Below, one piece after another: positions 1 through 12,469 of a stretch of 64,000 bases of DNA; the stretch's first letter is position 1, and each line of letters opens with the position of its first letter. A program made the translations under genes and the position numbers. Origin of the DNA: Escherichia coli (lineage in GTDB: Bacteria > Pseudomonadota > Gammaproteobacteria > Enterobacterales > Enterobacteriaceae); NCBI RefSeq assembly GCF_011045215.1, contig NZ_CP049201.1. One strand, 5' to 3'. The notes under the pieces were generated by a model. That model had not been told where the DNA came from and did not search any database. It saw only the letters and a program-made list of their open reading frames with translations.

Positions 1-298
1 TCAAACAGGCGGCAATCCCCTTCTCTGGCGTTATCTCAACAAAATTGACGTTACGCGTATCTACAATTGTCTGATTCAGAACAATATCGACACGATAAAC
101 CCCTGGCGTTATTTTTTGTCCTTTTTCGAAACGAGACAAATCGGCCACCATTGAGGGATCATCTTTGAAAAAGGCTGGATCGAACCAGGTTTCAGCTTGT
201 GCATTGAACGCTGCCGACACAAACACCACCAGCCCACCAATAAACGATGGCACTCCACCAGAGCTTAACAGGCTGTGTTGTCGGTGAGTTCTATACAT
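1..298 (-). CDS. elfC: Fimbrial outer-membrane usher, N-terminal ~99 aa only (truncated by window edge)
   Basis: Hand translation of minus strand from ATG at 298..296 gives MYRTHRQHSLLSSGGVPSFIGGLVVFVSAAFNAQAETWFDPAFFKDDPSMVADLSRFEKGQ..., a typical usher signal peptide and N-terminal domain; sits downstream of the chaperone as in chaperone-usher operons. Not in ORF track because it runs off the window. Confidence 0.7.
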   Translation of the reverse strand, partial: MYRTHRQHSLLSSGGVPSFIGGLVVFVSAAFNAQAETWFDPAFFKDDPSMVADLSRFEKGQKITPGVYRVDIVLNQTIVDTRNVNFVEITPEKGIAACL

Positions 299-322
299 CT
301 CGCTCTCTTAACTGAAGACGAA

Positions 323-1024
323 TTACGATTTACAGTTGAGTTGCGGCGTTTCCGCCCCGTAGTCATTGATGGTTCGATACGTTACGCTGCTATTTTTGGC
401 ACCCTTTGGCAGAGAGAATTGGTATTTATCAAAGGGGGAAATCATTTGATTTTTAACTAACTTTCCACCTATTTTCAGGTCTGTCAGGGTAATGAAATAA
501 GGTGTTGGGTTACTGACCGTAACCATGTCAGCTGACGAAGTGCAACGCAGTTTCGCCGGAGCCTCGCCTAAGGGATACGCTAAACCTTTTGGTCGCCAGA
601 AAAGTTTGATGACGCTTTGTGTGGCAATCTTCAGGGTATTGCCTTCTTCCCGCTTCGTTGTTGAAGGGACTGCCCGTACGCTAGTGAAGAAAAGAGTTTC
701 TCTGTCTTTCGCCAACGGCGCGCCAATGTACATAATGCGTAACAGATTCTCGTTTGCCGGATTCAGCACAAATAGCGGTGGTGTAATAATAAAGTCCGCT
801 GATTTTTTATTATCTGGGGTCATCACCCATGACTGAATCAGATAAGGAACATCCGGACTGGTGTTACGTACACCCAGTGAAATTTGCTCTTCACCTTCCG
901 AATAAACAAGACGTGTTGCTGCAAGTCCAACCCCGCCTTTACCTGCCGCCCATGTGGACGAACAGCTGAGTAATATTGCCGTTAAACTTACGGTCACAAC
1001 TCCCTTTGTTATGCAAGTTTTCAT
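323..1024 (-). CDS. elfD: Periplasmic fimbrial chaperone (PapD-like), 233 aa
   Basis: ORF track 233 aa; signal peptide, PapD-like composition; position between fimbrial subunit and usher; length matches YcbR/ElfD as recalled. Confidence 0.85.
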   Translation of the reverse strand: MKTCITKGVVTVSLTAILLSCSSTWAAGKGGVGLAATRLVYSEGEEQISLGVRNTSPDVPYLIQSWVMTPDNKKSADFIITPPLFVLNPANENLLRIMYIGAPLAKDRETLFFTSVRAVPSTTKREEGNTLKIATQSVIKLFWRPKGLAYPLGEAPAKLRCTSSADMVTVSNPTPYFITLTDLKIGGKLVKNQMISPFDKYQFSLPKGAKNSSVTYRTINDYGAETPQLNCKS

Positions 1025-1053
1025 AAACAGTCACTCTTAAAAAATATGAATAT

Positions 1054-1076
1054 CCCCTCCAGAACACTGGAGGGGT
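1054..1076 (-). terminator. Stem-loop (cccctccag/ctggagggg) followed by T-rich tract on minus strand; possible intra-operon attenuator after fimbrial major subunit gene
   Basis: Inverted repeat read directly; T-run aaaaaa on plus strand at 1039-1044 lies downstream on the minus strand. Confidence 0.35.
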
Positions 1077-1106
1077 ACTAATTAATAAAACGATTAATGA
1101 GTTCTA

Positions 1107-1655
1107 TTAATAATAGTTAATATGGAAATTTGTTACCGCATTCACATTACCTGAAGTCGCTTTACCCGTAGCGATATAATGAACTTTAAAAGTCAACGTC
1201 TGATCTCCATCTTGCAACAAAATGTTCCCGGTTTCTGTGTCTGGCTTGATGGCCGTTGTACCATCATTCATATACATTTGCAGGGCCACGTTTGTAGCAG
1301 CATCAGATGAGGCCTGGTTAGCAAACGCTGTAATCTGAGTAGTATCCGCAGTGCCATTAAAGGTGAACGTTGCATTTTTTGTTACGGTAGTATCACAATC
1401 TTTTAATTCAATTGGCACATCAGTTTGCACGCCAGAAACCTGACCATTGGTTTGCAACTTCGTGGCACTAACATCTGGCAAAGTCACCACGGAATCTTTC
1501 GTCGCAGCTACCAGGGTACAAGCTGGAGCAATAACTTTACCATTAAATGTTACTGAGCCATCCGTGATAGCATTATCATCAGCAGCCATAACGCTGGACG
1601 TTGCACATACCACAGTTATAAACGCCGTCAATACACTTTTTTTCATCGTTATCAT
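1107..1655 (-). CDS. elfA: Fimbrial major subunit (true start probably MKKSV at 1646)
   Basis: ORF track 182 aa with signal peptide (..SSVMA/ADD), Cys pair, C-terminal aromatic residues typical of pilins; adjacent to chaperone/usher genes; directly beside ssuE as in K-12. Confidence 0.8.
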   Translation of the reverse strand: MITMKKSVLTAFITVVCATSSVMAADDNAITDGSVTFNGKVIAPACTLVAATKDSVVTLPDVSATKLQTNGQVSGVQTDVPIELKDCDTTVTKNATFTFNGTADTTQITAFANQASSDAATNVALQMYMNDGTTAIKPDTETGNILLQDGDQTLTFKVHYIATGKATSGNVNAVTNFHINYY

Positions 1656-2001
1656 CCTGATCTCTTCGTAAATATGATAATGCCTTTAAATGACATCAGA
1701 CTTAATAATAACAATAATTGTCCGCCATTTAAATCAAGCATACTAAATCCAATAAGTGACAAATCTTTAATTTATAGATTTCATGAATATTTAAATATTA
1801 ATTGAACGAGTAATTCATTGATTCAACATCTAATGACTATCCAATAAATAAATATGCGTGATATATAAAGCCCTTTCTTTAGTTTATTTTCAGAAAAAGA
1901 TACACAAAATTTATATTTGGCATTTTCTTGTCTCTCCGACAGACTGAGCGAATTGTTATCAATGTTAACAAAACAAGAACAATTGGTTATAAGGAGAGAG
2001 T

Positions 2002-2577
2002 ATGCGTGTCATCACCCTGGCGGGTAGTCCTCGCTTTCCTTCTCGCTCCAGCTCCTTGCTGGAATATGCGCGGGAAAAACTAAATGGCCTGGATGTTGAG
2101 GTTTATCACTGGAATCTGCAAAACTTCGCCGCGGAAGATCTGCTTTATGCTCGTTTCGATAGTCCGGCACTCCATACCTTCACCGAACAGTTGCAACAGG
2201 CTGACGGGCTGATTGTCGCCACGCCTGTATATAAAGCCGCCTATTCCGGTGCGCTGAAAACCCTGCTCGACCTGCTGCCAGAACGTGCGTTGCAAGGCAA
2301 AGTGGTGCTACCGCTGGCGACGGGCGGTTCGGTGGCCCATCTGCTGGCGGTCGATTATGCCCTTAAGCCAGTTTTAAGTGCGCTGAAAGCCCAGGAGATC
2401 CTGCACGGCGTGTTTGCCGATGACTCGCAGGTGATTGATTACCATCACAAACCCCAGTTCACGCCGAATTTACAAACCCGTCTTGATACCGCGCTAGAAA
2501 CTTTCTGGCAGGCATTGCACCGCCGCGATGTTCAGGTTCCTGATCTTCATTCTCTGCGAGGTAATGCCCATGCGTAA
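2002..2577 (+). CDS. ssuE: NADPH-dependent FMN reductase of the sulfonate-sulfur utilisation system, 191 aa
   Basis: ORF track 191 aa; first gene of the five-gene ssu operon with overlapping downstream genes; AT-rich promoter region upstream. Confidence 0.93.
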   Translation: MRVITLAGSPRFPSRSSSLLEYAREKLNGLDVEVYHWNLQNFAAEDLLYARFDSPALHTFTEQLQQADGLIVATPVYKAAYSGALKTLLDLLPERALQGKVVLPLATGGSVAHLLAVDYALKPVLSALKAQEILHGVFADDSQVIDYHHKPQFTPNLQTRLDTALETFWQALHRRDVQVPDLHSLRGNAHA

Positions 2578-3529
2578 CATCATTAAACTGGCGCTGGTGG
2601 GATTGCTTAGCGTCTCTACACTCGCGGTTGCTGCAGAGTCTTCGCCAGAGGCGTTAAGGATTGGCTATCAGAAAAGCAACATCAGTTCGGTGCTGGCGAA
2701 AAATTACCAAATGCTGGAAAAACGCTATCCGCAAACAAAAATCTCGTGGGTGGAGTTCCCCGCTGGCCCGCAAATGCTTGAGGCGTTAAACGTTGGCAGT
2801 ATTGATCTCGGCAGTACCGGGGATATTCCGCCAATCTTCGCCCAGGCTGCCGGGGCTGATTTGCTGTACGTGGGCGTCGAGCCGCCGAAGCCAAAAGCCG
2901 AGGTGATTCTGGTGGCAGAAAACAGCCCGATCAAAACCGTAGCCGATCTTAAAGGCCACAAAGTTGCGTTCCAGAAAGGTTCCAGTTCACACAATCTTTT
3001 ACTGCGCGCACTACGCCAGGCCGGACTTAAGTTTACTGACATCCAGCCCACTTATCTGACGCCAGCTGATGCCCGCGCCGCGTTCCAGCAAGGTAACGTT
3101 GACGCCTGGGCTATCTGGGATCCCTACTACTCCGCTGCATTATTACAGGGCGGCGTGCGGGTGTTGAAAGACGGCACCGATCTCAATCAAACCGGATCGT
3201 TTTATCTGGCAGCTCGCCCCTATGCAGAAAAAAATGGCGCTTTTATTCAGGGTGTACTGGCAACCTTTAGTGAGGCCGATGCGTTAACCCGCAGCCAGCG
3301 CGAGCAAAGCATCGCTTTACTGGCAAAAACGATGGGCTTACCGGCACCGGTGATTGCCTCTTACTTAGATCATCGCCCTCCTACCACCATCAAACCGATT
3401 AACGCCGAGGTTGCCGCCTTACAGCAGCAAACGGCAGATCTGTTTTATGAAAACCGTCTGGTGCCGAAAAAAGTCGATATTCGCCAGCGCATCTGGCAGC
3501 CCACTCAACTGGAAGGAAAACAATTATGA
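2570..3529 (+). CDS. ssuA: Periplasmic aliphatic sulfonate-binding protein, 319 aa (start ATG at 2570, overlaps ssuE end)
   Basis: ORF track frame; N-terminus [21 protein letters not shown] is a signal peptide; substrate-binding protein fold composition. Confidence 0.93.
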   Translation: MRNIIKLALVGLLSVSTLAVAAESSPEALRIGYQKSNISSVLAKNYQMLEKRYPQTKISWVEFPAGPQMLEALNVGSIDLGSTGDIPPIFAQAAGADLLYVGVEPPKPKAEVILVAENSPIKTVADLKGHKVAFQKGSSSHNLLLRALRQAGLKFTDIQPTYLTPADARAAFQQGNVDAWAIWDPYYSAALLQGGVRVLKDGTDLNQTGSFYLAARPYAEKNGAFIQGVLATFSEADALTRSQREQSIALLAKTMGLPAPVIASYLDHRPPTTIKPINAEVAALQQQTADLFYENRLVPKKVDIRQRIWQPTQLEGKQL

Positions 3530-4671
3530 GTCTGAATATGTTCTGGTTTTTACCGACCCATGGTGACGGGCATTATCTGGGAACGGAAGAAGGTTCACGC
3601 CCGGTTGATCACGGTTATCTGCAACAAATTGCGCAAGCGGCGGATCGTCTTGGCTATACCGGTGTGCTGATCCCAACGGGGCGCTCCTGCGAAGATGCGT
3701 GGCTGGTTGCCGCATCGATGATCCCGGTGACGCAGCGGCTGAAGTTTCTTGTCGCCCTGCGTCCCAGCGTAACCTCACCTACCGTTGCCGCCCGCCAGGC
3801 CGCCACGCTTGACCGTCTCTCAAATGGACGTGCGTTGTTTAACCTGGTCACAGGCAGCGATCCACAAGAACTGGCAGGCGACGGCGTGTTCCTTGATCAT
3901 AGTGAGCGCTACGAAGCCTCGGCGGAATTTACCCAGGTCTGGCGGCGTTTATTGCTGGGGGAAACCGTCGATTTCAACGGTAAACATATTCATGTGCGGG
4001 GAGCCAAACTGCTCTTCCCGCCGATTCAACAGCCGTATCCTCCGCTTTACTTTGGCGGATCGTCAGACGTCGCCCAGGAGCTGGCGGCAGAACAGGTTGA
4101 TCTCTACCTCACCTGGGGCGAACCGCCGGAACTGGTTAAAGAGAAAATCGAACAAGTGCGGGCGAAAGCTACCGCGCATGGACGCAAAATTCGTTTCGGC
4201 ATTCGTCTGCATGTGATTGTTCGTGAAACTAACGACGAAGCGTGGCAGGCCGCCGAGCGGTTAATCTCGCATCTTGATGATGAGACTATCGCCAAAGCAC
4301 AAGCCGCATTCGCCCGCACGGATTCCGTGGGGCAACAGCGAATGGCAGCGCTACATAACGGCAAGCGCGACAATCTGGAGATCAGCCCCAATTTATGGGC
4401 GGGCGTTGGCTTAGTGCGCGGCGGTGCCGGGACGGCGCTGGTGGGCGATGGTCCTACGGTCGCTGCGCGAATCAACGAATATGCCGCGCTTGGCATCGAC
4501 AGCTTTGTGCTTTCGGGCTATCCGCATCTGGAAGAAGCGTATCGGGTCGGCGAGTTGCTGTTCCCACATCTGGATGTCGCCATTCCGGAAATTCCCCAGC
4601 CGCAGCCGCTGAATCCGCAAGGCGAAGCGGTGGCGAATGATTTTATCCCCCGTAAAGTCGCGCAAAGCTAA
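3526..4671 (+). CDS. ssuD: FMNH2-dependent alkanesulfonate monooxygenase, 381 aa
   Basis: ORF track 381 aa; luciferase-like monooxygenase composition; ATGA overlap with ssuA stop. Confidence 0.93.
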   Translation: MSLNMFWFLPTHGDGHYLGTEEGSRPVDHGYLQQIAQAADRLGYTGVLIPTGRSCEDAWLVAASMIPVTQRLKFLVALRPSVTSPTVAARQAATLDRLSNGRALFNLVTGSDPQELAGDGVFLDHSERYEASAEFTQVWRRLLLGETVDFNGKHIHVRGAKLLFPPIQQPYPPLYFGGSSDVAQELAAEQVDLYLTWGEPPELVKEKIEQVRAKATAHGRKIRFGIRLHVIVRETNDEAWQAAERLISHLDDETIAKAQAAFARTDSVGQQRMAALHNGKRDNLEISPNLWAGVGLVRGGAGTALVGDGPTVAARINEYAALGIDSFVLSGYPHLEEAYRVGELLFPHLDVAIPEIPQPQPLNPQGEAVANDFIPRKVAQS

Positions 4672-4679
4672 GGAACACG

Positions 4680-5474
4680 ATGATGGCAACGCCAGTGAAG
4701 AAGTGGTTATTGCGCGTTGCCCCCTGGTTTTTACCGGTGGGCATCGTGGCGGTGTGGCAACTGGCCTCCTCAGTTGGCTGGCTGTCGACGCGTATTTTGC
4801 CTTCACCGGAAGGAGTGGTGACGGCGTTCTGGACGCTCTCCGCCAGCGGCGAACTGTGGCAGCATCTGGCGATCAGCTCCTGGCGGGCGCTGATTGGCTT
4901 TTCAATTGGCGGATCGCTGGGGTTGATTTTGGGACTGATTAGCGGGCTATCTCGCTGGGGAGAACGGCTGCTGGATACCTCAATTCAGATGTTGCGCAAC
5001 GTGCCGCATCTGGCGCTGATCCCGCTGGTGATTTTGTGGTTTGGCATTGATGAATCCGCAAAAATCTTTCTGGTGGCGCTCGGTACGCTATTCCCCATTT
5101 ATATCAACACCTGGCATGGCATCCGTAATATCGATCGCGGGTTGGTGGAAATGGCGCGTAGCTATGGATTATCCGGCATACCGCTGTTTATCCATGTGAT
5201 CCTGCCTGGTGCCCTGCCCTCAATTATGGTCGGCGTGCGTTTTGCGTTGGGCCTGATGTGGCTGACGCTGATTGTTGCCGAAACCATTTCTGCCAATTCA
5301 GGCATTGGTTATCTGGCGATGAATGCGCGGGAGTTTTTGCAAACGGACGTGGTGGTAGTCGCTATTATTCTTTACGCCCTGCTCGGCAAACTTGCTGACG
5401 TCAGCGCGCAGCTGTTAGAGCGGCTCTGGTTGCGCTGGAACCCGGCTTATCATTTGAAGGAGGCCACGGTATGA
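4680..5474 (+). CDS. ssuC: Aliphatic sulfonate ABC transporter permease
   Basis: ORF track 264 aa, hydrophobic; operon context. Confidence 0.93.
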   Translation: MMATPVKKWLLRVAPWFLPVGIVAVWQLASSVGWLSTRILPSPEGVVTAFWTLSASGELWQHLAISSWRALIGFSIGGSLGLILGLISGLSRWGERLLDTSIQMLRNVPHLALIPLVILWFGIDESAKIFLVALGTLFPIYINTWHGIRNIDRGLVEMARSYGLSGIPLFIHVILPGALPSIMVGVRFALGLMWLTLIVAETISANSGIGYLAMNAREFLQTDVVVVAIILYALLGKLADVSAQLLERLWLRWNPAYHLKEATV

Positions 5475-6238
5475 ATACTGCTCGTCTGAACCAGGGCACA
5501 CCATTGTTGCTCAATGCAGTAAGCAAACATTACGCGGAAAATATCGTCCTGAACCACCTGGATTTACATATTCCGGCAGGTCAGTTTGTGGCGGTGGTGG
5601 GCCGCAGCGGTGGTGGCAAAAGTACCCTGCTGCGCCTGCTGGCAGGTCTGGAAACGCCAACCGCTGGCGATGTGTTAGCGGGCACCACACCGCTGGCTGA
5701 AATTCAGGAAGACACGCGAATGATGTTTCAGGATGCGCGTCTGCTACCGTGGAAATCGGTGATTGATAACGTTGGGTTAGGCCTTAAAGGTCAGTGGCGC
5801 AATGCCGCGCGTCGGGCGTTGGCTGCGGTAGGACTGGAGAATCGCGCAGGGGAATGGCCTGCCGCACTTTCAGGCGGGCAGAAACAGCGAGTGGCGCTGG
5901 CAAGAGCGTTGATTCATCGACCGGGTTTATTGTTGCTTGATGAACCGCTCGGGGCGCTGGACGCCTTAACGCGACTCGAGATGCAGGATTTGATTGTGTC
6001 ACTTTGGCAGGAGCACGGCTTTACCGTACTGTTGGTGACGCATGATGTGAGCGAAGCGGTAGCAATGGCTGACCGGGTGTTGTTAATTGAAGAGGGAAAA
6101 ATTGGTCTGGATTTGACAGTGGATATCCCTCGTCCGCGTCGATTAGGGTCGGTGCGATTAGCGGAGCTGGAAGCGGAAGTGTTGCAACGGGTAATGCAGC
6201 GAGGGCATTCTGAACAACCTATTCGGCGTCATGGTTAA
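5471..6238 (+). CDS. ssuB: Aliphatic sulfonate ABC transporter ATP-binding protein, 255 aa
   Basis: Walker [10 protein letters not shown] and ABC signature LSGGQKQR in translation; 4-bp overlap with ssuC. Confidence 0.95.
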   Translation: MNTARLNQGTPLLLNAVSKHYAENIVLNHLDLHIPAGQFVAVVGRSGGGKSTLLRLLAGLETPTAGDVLAGTTPLAEIQEDTRMMFQDARLLPWKSVIDNVGLGLKGQWRNAARRALAAVGLENRAGEWPAALSGGQKQRVALARALIHRPGLLLLDEPLGALDALTRLEMQDLIVSLWQEHGFTVLLVTHDVSEAVAMADRVLLIEEGKIGLDLTVDIPRPRRLGSVRLAELEAEVLQRVMQRGHSEQPIRRHG

Positions 6239-6240
6239 TA

Positions 6241-6426
<186 letters not shown>

Positions 6427-6434
6427 TGTTTGTA

Positions 6435-9047
6435 TCAAGCCAGTGCTTTGGTGATCTTCTCGTACAGATCGCCAGAGAGATTTTCCAGCCCTTTCAACTG
6501 TTCAAGCGCCGCGCGCATTTTCTCCTGACGTTTGGCATCGTAACGTTTCAGGCGAATCAGCGGTTCAATCAGACGTGAAGCCACCTGCGGGTTACGGCTG
6601 TTGAGGTCGGTAAGCATTTCCACCAGGAACTGGTAACCGCTCCCATCTTCGGCATGGAACGCTGCCGGGTTGCTGCCCGCAAACGCACCAATCAACGAAC
6701 GAATACGGTTCGGGTTGCTCATGGTAAATGAGCGATGCTGCAACAGGCCGCGCACCGTCTCCAGCACATTCGCCGCCGGGCTGGTGGCTTGCAGGATAAA
6801 CCATTTATCCATCACCAGACCGTCCTGATGCCACTTGTCGTCGTACTCCTGCATCAGCGCGTCACGGCATGGCAGCTGCGCAGCAACCGCCGCCGAAAGC
6901 GCCGCCAGCGCATCGGTCATATTGTTTGCTTCATGGTATTGCTTGCTCACCAGCACGTCAGCCAGATGCGTTTCACCAAAAGCAAGGAAGCGCAGGCAGG
7001 CATTACGCAGAGTGCGTTTTGCAATATCTTCATGCTCAACACGGTACTCGCTCTGGTAATTCGCGTTGTAAATAGCCAGCAGCTCATCCGCCAGTTCAGT
7101 CGCCAGAGTACGAGTGAGTGCTTCGCGTACTTCGGCAATAGCAATCGGGTCGATGATATCGAACAGTTCAGCCATTTCATTGACAGAAGGCAGCGTCAGG
7201 ATTTCTGCCGCCAGCGCCGGATCAATCTTCTCATCGAGCAGCACCGCGCGGAAAGCGTCAGCCACATGTACCGGCAGAGACAGCGGCTGCCCTTGCTGAT
7301 GACGGGCGACGTTCAGCTTGATGTAGGTTGCCAGCAAACTTTGCGCCGCATCCCAACGGGAGAAATCATTACGCGCATGACGCATCAGAAAGGTCAGTTG
7401 CTGATCGCTCCACTTATATTCCAGTTTCACTGGCGCAGAGAATTCGCACAGCAGCGCAGGCACCGGCTGGAAGTAGACATTCTCAAAAACAAAGGTCTGT
7501 TCCGCCTGGGTGACGTTCAGCACGGAATTCACCGGATGACCGCCTTTCTGCAACGGGATCACTTTGCCTTCGTTGTCATACAATTCGATGGCAAACGGAA
7601 TATGCAGCGGCTGTTTTTCTGCCTGATCCGGCGTGGCTGGCGTGCGCTGGCTGATGGTCAGGGTGTACTGCTCGGTTTCCGGATTGTAGTCGTCTTTGAC
7701 GGTCACAACCGGCGTACCGGACTGGCTGTACCAACGGCGGAAATGGGAGAGATCGACATTCGACGCATCTTCCATCGCCTGTACAAAATCGTCACAGGTC
7801 GCTGCGCTACCATCATGACGCTCGAAATAGAGCTGCATCCCTTTCTGGAAATTTTCTTCGCCAAGCAGGGTGTGGATCATGCGAATCACCTCCGCGCCCT
7901 TCTCGTAAACGGTCAGGGTGTAGAAGTTGTTCATCTCAATGACCATATCCGGGCGGATCGGGTGCGCCATCGGGCTGGCGTCTTCCGCAAACTGCAATCC
8001 GCGCATGGTGCGCACATTATTGATACGGTTTACCGCGCGGGAACCAAGGTCAGAGCTGAACTCCTGATCGCGGAAGACGGTTAAACCTTCTTTCAGGCTG
8101 AGCTGGAACCAGTCGCGGCAGGTCACTCGGTTACCGGTCCAGTTATGGAAATATTCATGGCCGATAACGCGTTCAATATCGAGGTAATCTTTGTCGGTGG
8201 CGGTATCGGTGCGGGCCAGCACATATTTGGAGTTAAAGATATTCAGCCCCTTATTCTCCATTGCGCCCATATTGAAGAAATCCACCGCGACGATCATATA
8301 GATGTCGAGGTCATACTCCAGGCCGAAGCGTTCTTCATCCCATTTCATTGAGTTTTTCAGCGAGGTCATCGCCCACGGCGCGCGATCAAGGTTGCCGCGA
8401 TCGACGTACAGCTCCAGTGCTACTTCGCGACCAGAACGCGTGGTAAAGGTGTCGCGCAGTACATCAAAGTCGCCTGCCACCAGCGCAAACAGGTAGCATG
8501 GTTTCGGGAACGGGTCCTGCCACTGCACCCAATGACGTCCGTTTTCCAGTTCGCCTTGCGCAACGCGGTTACCGTTGGAAAGCAGGAAGGGATATTTGGT
8601 TTTATCGGCAATAATTTTGGTGGTAAAACGCGCCAGCACGTCCGGGCGGTCGAGATAATACGTAATATGGCGGAAACCTTCGGCTTCACACTGGGTGCAA
8701 AGCGCATCGCCTGACTGATAAAGCCCTTCCAGCGCCGTATTCGCCGCCGGGCTTATTTCATTAATGATCTTAAGCGTAAAACGCTCCGGCAAATTACTGA
8801 TGACCAGTGCGCCCTCTTCTTCTTTCCAGGCGGTCCACGGCTCATCATTAATATGAACAGAAACCAGTTTGAGGTCTTCGCCGTTGAGACGAAGCGGAGC
8901 ATCTGATGCACCATGACGGACAGCCTGGCTGACCGCGGTAACGACCGTCTTTTGCGCGTCGAGGTCAAAGGTCAAGTCAATATCAGTAATCTGGTAATCC
9001 GGCGCACGATAATCGTGACGGTATTTGGCTTGTGGCTGTTGAGTCAT
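6435..9047 (-). CDS. pepN: Aminopeptidase N (M1 family), 870 aa
   Basis: ORF track 870 aa; zinc-binding HEYFHNWTGN and GAMEN motifs present in translation. Confidence 0.96.
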   Translation of the reverse strand: MTQQPQAKYRHDYRAPDYQITDIDLTFDLDAQKTVVTAVSQAVRHGASDAPLRLNGEDLKLVSVHINDEPWTAWKEEEGALVISNLPERFTLKIINEISPAANTALEGLYQSGDALCTQCEAEGFRHITYYLDRPDVLARFTTKIIADKTKYPFLLSNGNRVAQGELENGRHWVQWQDPFPKPCYLFALVAGDFDVLRDTFTTRSGREVALELYVDRGNLDRAPWAMTSLKNSMKWDEERFGLEYDLDIYMIVAVDFFNMGAMENKGLNIFNSKYVLARTDTATDKDYLDIERVIGHEYFHNWTGNRVTCRDWFQLSLKEGLTVFRDQEFSSDLGSRAVNRINNVRTMRGLQFAEDASPMAHPIRPDMVIEMNNFYTLTVYEKGAEVIRMIHTLLGEENFQKGMQLYFERHDGSAATCDDFVQAMEDASNVDLSHFRRWYSQSGTPVVTVKDDYNPETEQYTLTISQRTPATPDQAEKQPLHIPFAIELYDNEGKVIPLQKGGHPVNSVLNVTQAEQTFVFENVYFQPVPALLCEFSAPVKLEYKWSDQQLTFLMRHARNDFSRWDAAQSLLATYIKLNVARHQQGQPLSLPVHVADAFRAVLLDEKIDPALAAEILTLPSVNEMAELFDIIDPIAIAEVREALTRTLATELADELLAIYNANYQSEYRVEHEDIAKRTLRNACLRFLAFGETHLADVLVSKQYHEANNMTDALAALSAAVAAQLPCRDALMQEYDDKWHQDGLVMDKWFILQATSPAANVLETVRGLLQHRSFTMSNPNRIRSLIGAFAGSNPAAFHAEDGSGYQFLVEMLTDLNSRNPQVASRLIEPLIRLKRYDAKRQEKMRAALEQLKGLENLSGDLYEKITKALA

Positions 9048-9265
9048 AAATAACCTTTAGCATCTTTTATAGAGTCTGGTGTTCAGTCTATTCCTGTTGC
9101 GTAAATCGCGCTATGCAGAATCTTCATCTTTTCAGGTACAAACGCCTTTATTGCTACATTTTTATAACATACACCGCGTAATGCCATCGACCAGAAAGGT
9201 GGCATATGGTGTGATCGGGGTTCAATAAATTGCGAAACAAGGTATACTCCAGCAGTTCCTGAAGA

Positions 9266-9283
9266 TGTTTATTGTACTAAACG
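9266..9283. promoter_or_regulatory. NadR-type operator (NAD box) palindrome TGTTTA-N6-TAAACg in pncB promoter region
   Basis: tgtttattgtactaaacg read directly about 30 bp upstream of pncB start; consensus recalled from NadR regulon. Confidence 0.6.
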
Positions 9284-9312
9284 CTCCTGTACGAGGACGC
9301 TACTGCGCACCT

Positions 9313-10515
9313 ATGACACAATTCGCTTCTCCTGTTCTGCACTCGTTGCTGGATACAGATGCTTATAAGTTGCATATGCAGCAAGCCGTGTTTCATCACT
9401 ATTACGATGTGCATGTCGCGGCGGAGTTTCGTTGCCGAGGTGACGATCTGCTGGGTATTTATGCCGATGCTATTCGTGAACAGGTTCAGGCGATGCAGCA
9501 CCTGCGCCTGCAGGATGATGAATATCAATGGCTCTCTGCGCTGCCTTTCTTTAAGGCCGACTATCTCAACTGGCTGCGTAATTTCCGCTTTAACCCGGAA
9601 CAAGTCACCGTGTCCAACGATAATGGCAAGCTGGATATTCGTTTAAGCGGCCCGTGGCGTGAAGTCATCCTCTGGGAAGTTCCTTTGCTGGCGGTTATCA
9701 GTGAAATGGTACATCGCTATCGCTCACCGCAGGCCGACGTTGCGCAAGCCCTCGACACGCTGGAAAGCAAATTAGTCGACTTCTCGGCATTAACCGCCGG
9801 TCTTGATATGTCGCGCTTCCATCTGATGGATTTTGGCACCCGTCGCCGTTTTTCTCGCGAAGTACAAGAAACCATCGTTAAGCGTCTGCAACAGGAATCC
9901 TGGTTCGTAGGCACCAGCAACTACGATCTGGCGCGTCGGCTTTCCCTCACGCCGATGGGAACACAGGCACACGAATGGTTCCAGGCGCATCAGCAAATCA
10001 GCCCGGATCTAGCCAACAGCCAGCGAGCTGCACTTGCTGCCTGGCTGGAAGAGTATCCCGACCAACTTGGCATTGCATTAACCGACTGCATCACTATGGA
10101 TGCTTTCCTGCGTGATTTCGGTGTCGAGTTCGCTAGTCGGTATCAGGGCCTGCGTCATGACTCTGGCGACCCGGTTGAATGGGGTGAAAAAGCCATTGCA
10201 CATTATGAAAAGCTGGGAATTGATCCACAGAGTAAAACGCTGGTTTTCTCTGACAATCTGGATTTACGCAAAGCGGTTGAGCTATACCGCCACTTCTCTT
10301 CCCGCGTGCAATTAAGTTTTGGTATTGGGACTCGCCTGACCTGCGATATCCCCCAGGTAAAACCCCTGAATATTGTGATTAAGTTGGTAGAGTGTAACGG
10401 TAAACCGGTGGCGAAACTTTCTGACAGCCCTGGCAAAACTATCTGCCATGATAAAGCGTTTGTTCGGGCGCTGCGCAAAGCGTTCGACCTTCCGCATATT
10501 AAAAAAGCCAGTTAA
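9313..10515 (+). CDS. pncB: Nicotinate phosphoribosyltransferase, 400 aa (start at internal [14 protein letters not shown])
   Basis: ORF track frame 9265..10515; N-terminus from M17 matches PncB as recalled. Confidence 0.93.
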   Translation: MTQFASPVLHSLLDTDAYKLHMQQAVFHHYYDVHVAAEFRCRGDDLLGIYADAIREQVQAMQHLRLQDDEYQWLSALPFFKADYLNWLRNFRFNPEQVTVSNDNGKLDIRLSGPWREVILWEVPLLAVISEMVHRYRSPQADVAQALDTLESKLVDFSALTAGLDMSRFHLMDFGTRRRFSREVQETIVKRLQQESWFVGTSNYDLARRLSLTPMGTQAHEWFQAHQQISPDLANSQRAALAAWLEEYPDQLGIALTDCITMDAFLRDFGVEFASRYQGLRHDSGDPVEWGEKAIAHYEKLGIDPQSKTLVFSDNLDLRKAVELYRHFSSRVQLSFGIGTRLTCDIPQVKPLNIVIKLVECNGKPVAKLSDSPGKTICHDKAFVRALRKAFDLPHIKKAS

Positions 10516-10523
10516 TATCATCA

Positions 10524-10549
10524 GGGAGCTAATCGGCTCCCTTTTTTTA
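10524..10549 (+). terminator. Rho-independent terminator of pncB
   Basis: gggagctaatcggctccc hairpin followed by TTTTTTT. Confidence 0.8.
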
Positions 10550-10684
10550 CCTTTAATTCCGAAATCTTTCGCTGCATTTGCGAATTCTGCTTGTCTGATT
10601 GCAGATGCCAGGTAACATAGGTATCCCCCCCATTTACGGGTGGACAAGTGTTTATTTTTTCCGACTATTAACAGAGAGAATATT

Positions 10685-12085
10685 ATGAGCGTTGTGCCTG
10701 TAGCCGACGTACTCCAGGGCCGCGTAGCCGTTGACAGCGAAGTCACCGTACGCGGATGGGTACGTACCCGCCGAGATTCAAAAGCTGGCATCTCCTTCCT
10801 CGCCGTTTATGACGGTTCCTGCTTTGATCCTGTACAGGCTGTCATCAATAATTCTCTGCCCAATTACAATGAAGACGTCCTGCGTCTGACCACCGGTTGC
10901 TCGGTCATTGTGACGGGTAAAGTCGTGGCATCGCCGGGCCAGGGGCAACAATTTGAAATTCAGGCCAGCAAGGTTGAAGTTGCTGGTTGGGTTGAAGATC
11001 CAGACACTTACCCGATGGCGGCAAAACGCCACAGCATTGAGTATCTGCGTGAAGTCGCTCACCTGCGTCCGCGCACAAACCTGATTGGTGCCGTCGCGCG
11101 CGTTCGTCATACGCTGGCGCAGGCGCTGCATCGCTTCTTTAACGAGCAGGGATTCTTCTGGGTTTCAACGCCACTGATTACCGCATCTGATACCGAAGGT
11201 GCAGGCGAAATGTTCCGCGTTTCTACGCTGGATCTGGAAAACCTGCCGCGTAACGATCAGGGCAAAGTGGATTTCGACAAAGACTTCTTTGGTAAAGAGT
11301 CTTTCCTGACCGTATCTGGCCAGTTGAACGGCGAAACCTACGCTTGCGCATTGTCCAAAATTTATACCTTCGGCCCGACTTTCCGTGCTGAAAACTCCAA
11401 CACCAGCCGTCACCTGGCGGAATTCTGGATGCTGGAGCCGGAAGTGGCGTTTGCTAACCTGAACGATATCGCGGGTCTGGCTGAAGCCATGCTGAAATAT
11501 GTCTTCAAAGCGGTTCTTGAAGAACGCGCAGACGACATGAAATTCTTCGCTGAACGCGTAGATAAAGATGCCGTTTCACGTCTGGAACGCTTCATTGAGG
11601 CCGATTTCGCGCAGGTGGATTATACCGACGCAGTGACCATTCTCGAAAACTGCGGCAGGAAGTTTGAAAACCCGGTTTACTGGGGCGTTGATCTCTCTTC
11701 TGAGCATGAGCGTTATCTGGCGGAAGAACACTTTAAAGCACCGGTAGTGGTTAAAAACTATCCGAAAGATATTAAAGCGTTCTATATGCGCCTTAACGAA
11801 GACGGTAAAACCGTTGCGGCTATGGACGTTCTGGCTCCGGGCATCGGTGAGATCATTGGTGGCTCCCAGCGTGAAGAACGTCTGGACGTGCTGGACGAGC
11901 GTATGCTGGAAATGGGCCTGAATAAAGAAGATTACTGGTGGTATCGCGATCTGCGTCGCTACGGTACTGTTCCGCATTCAGGTTTCGGTCTTGGTTTTGA
12001 ACGTCTGATTGCTTACGTAACTGGTGTGCAAAACGTGCGTGATGTGATTCCGTTCCCACGTACTCCGCGTAACGCCAGCTTCTAA
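10685..12085 (+). CDS. asnS: Asparaginyl-tRNA synthetase, 466 aa (start [12 protein letters not shown])
   Basis: ORF track frame 10640..12085; class II aaRS motifs; length from M16 is 466 aa. Confidence 0.95.
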
Positions 12086-12098
12086 TTTAGCGTCTACA

Positions 12099-12126
12099 AG
12101 AGCCAGCACCCGCTGGCTCTTTTTTA
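12099..12126 (+). terminator. Rho-independent terminator of asnS
   Basis: agagccagcacccgctggctct hairpin plus TTTTTT. Confidence 0.85.
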
Positions 12127-12469
12127 TCCTTTCTGTCAAGTTATCTGTTTGTTAAGTCAATCAATCTATTTGCAACCCCGCCATAACGATCATCCTGTTA
12201 CGGAATATTACATTGCAACATTTACGCACAAAAAATAACCCGCATTCTTATTGCGGATTAGTTTTTTCTTAGCTGATAGCACAATTTTCATACTATTTTT
12301 TGGCATTCTGGATGTCTGAAAGAGGATTTTGTGCCAAGTCGATAAAGTTTCCATCAGAAACAAAATTTCCGTTTAGTTAATTTAAATATAAGGAAATCAT
12401 ATAAATAGATAAAAATTGCTGTAAATATCATCACGCCTCTATGGAAATATGACGGTGTTCACAAAGTTC

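Noticed and set aside
275-460. 61-aa plus-strand ORF at elfD-elfC junction
   Set aside because: Overlaps the chaperone and usher coding regions on the opposite strand; no supporting signals.
6735-8084. 449-aa ORF antisense to pepN
   Set aside because: Arg/Gln/His-rich low-complexity product, no ribosome-binding site, fully nested in pepN.
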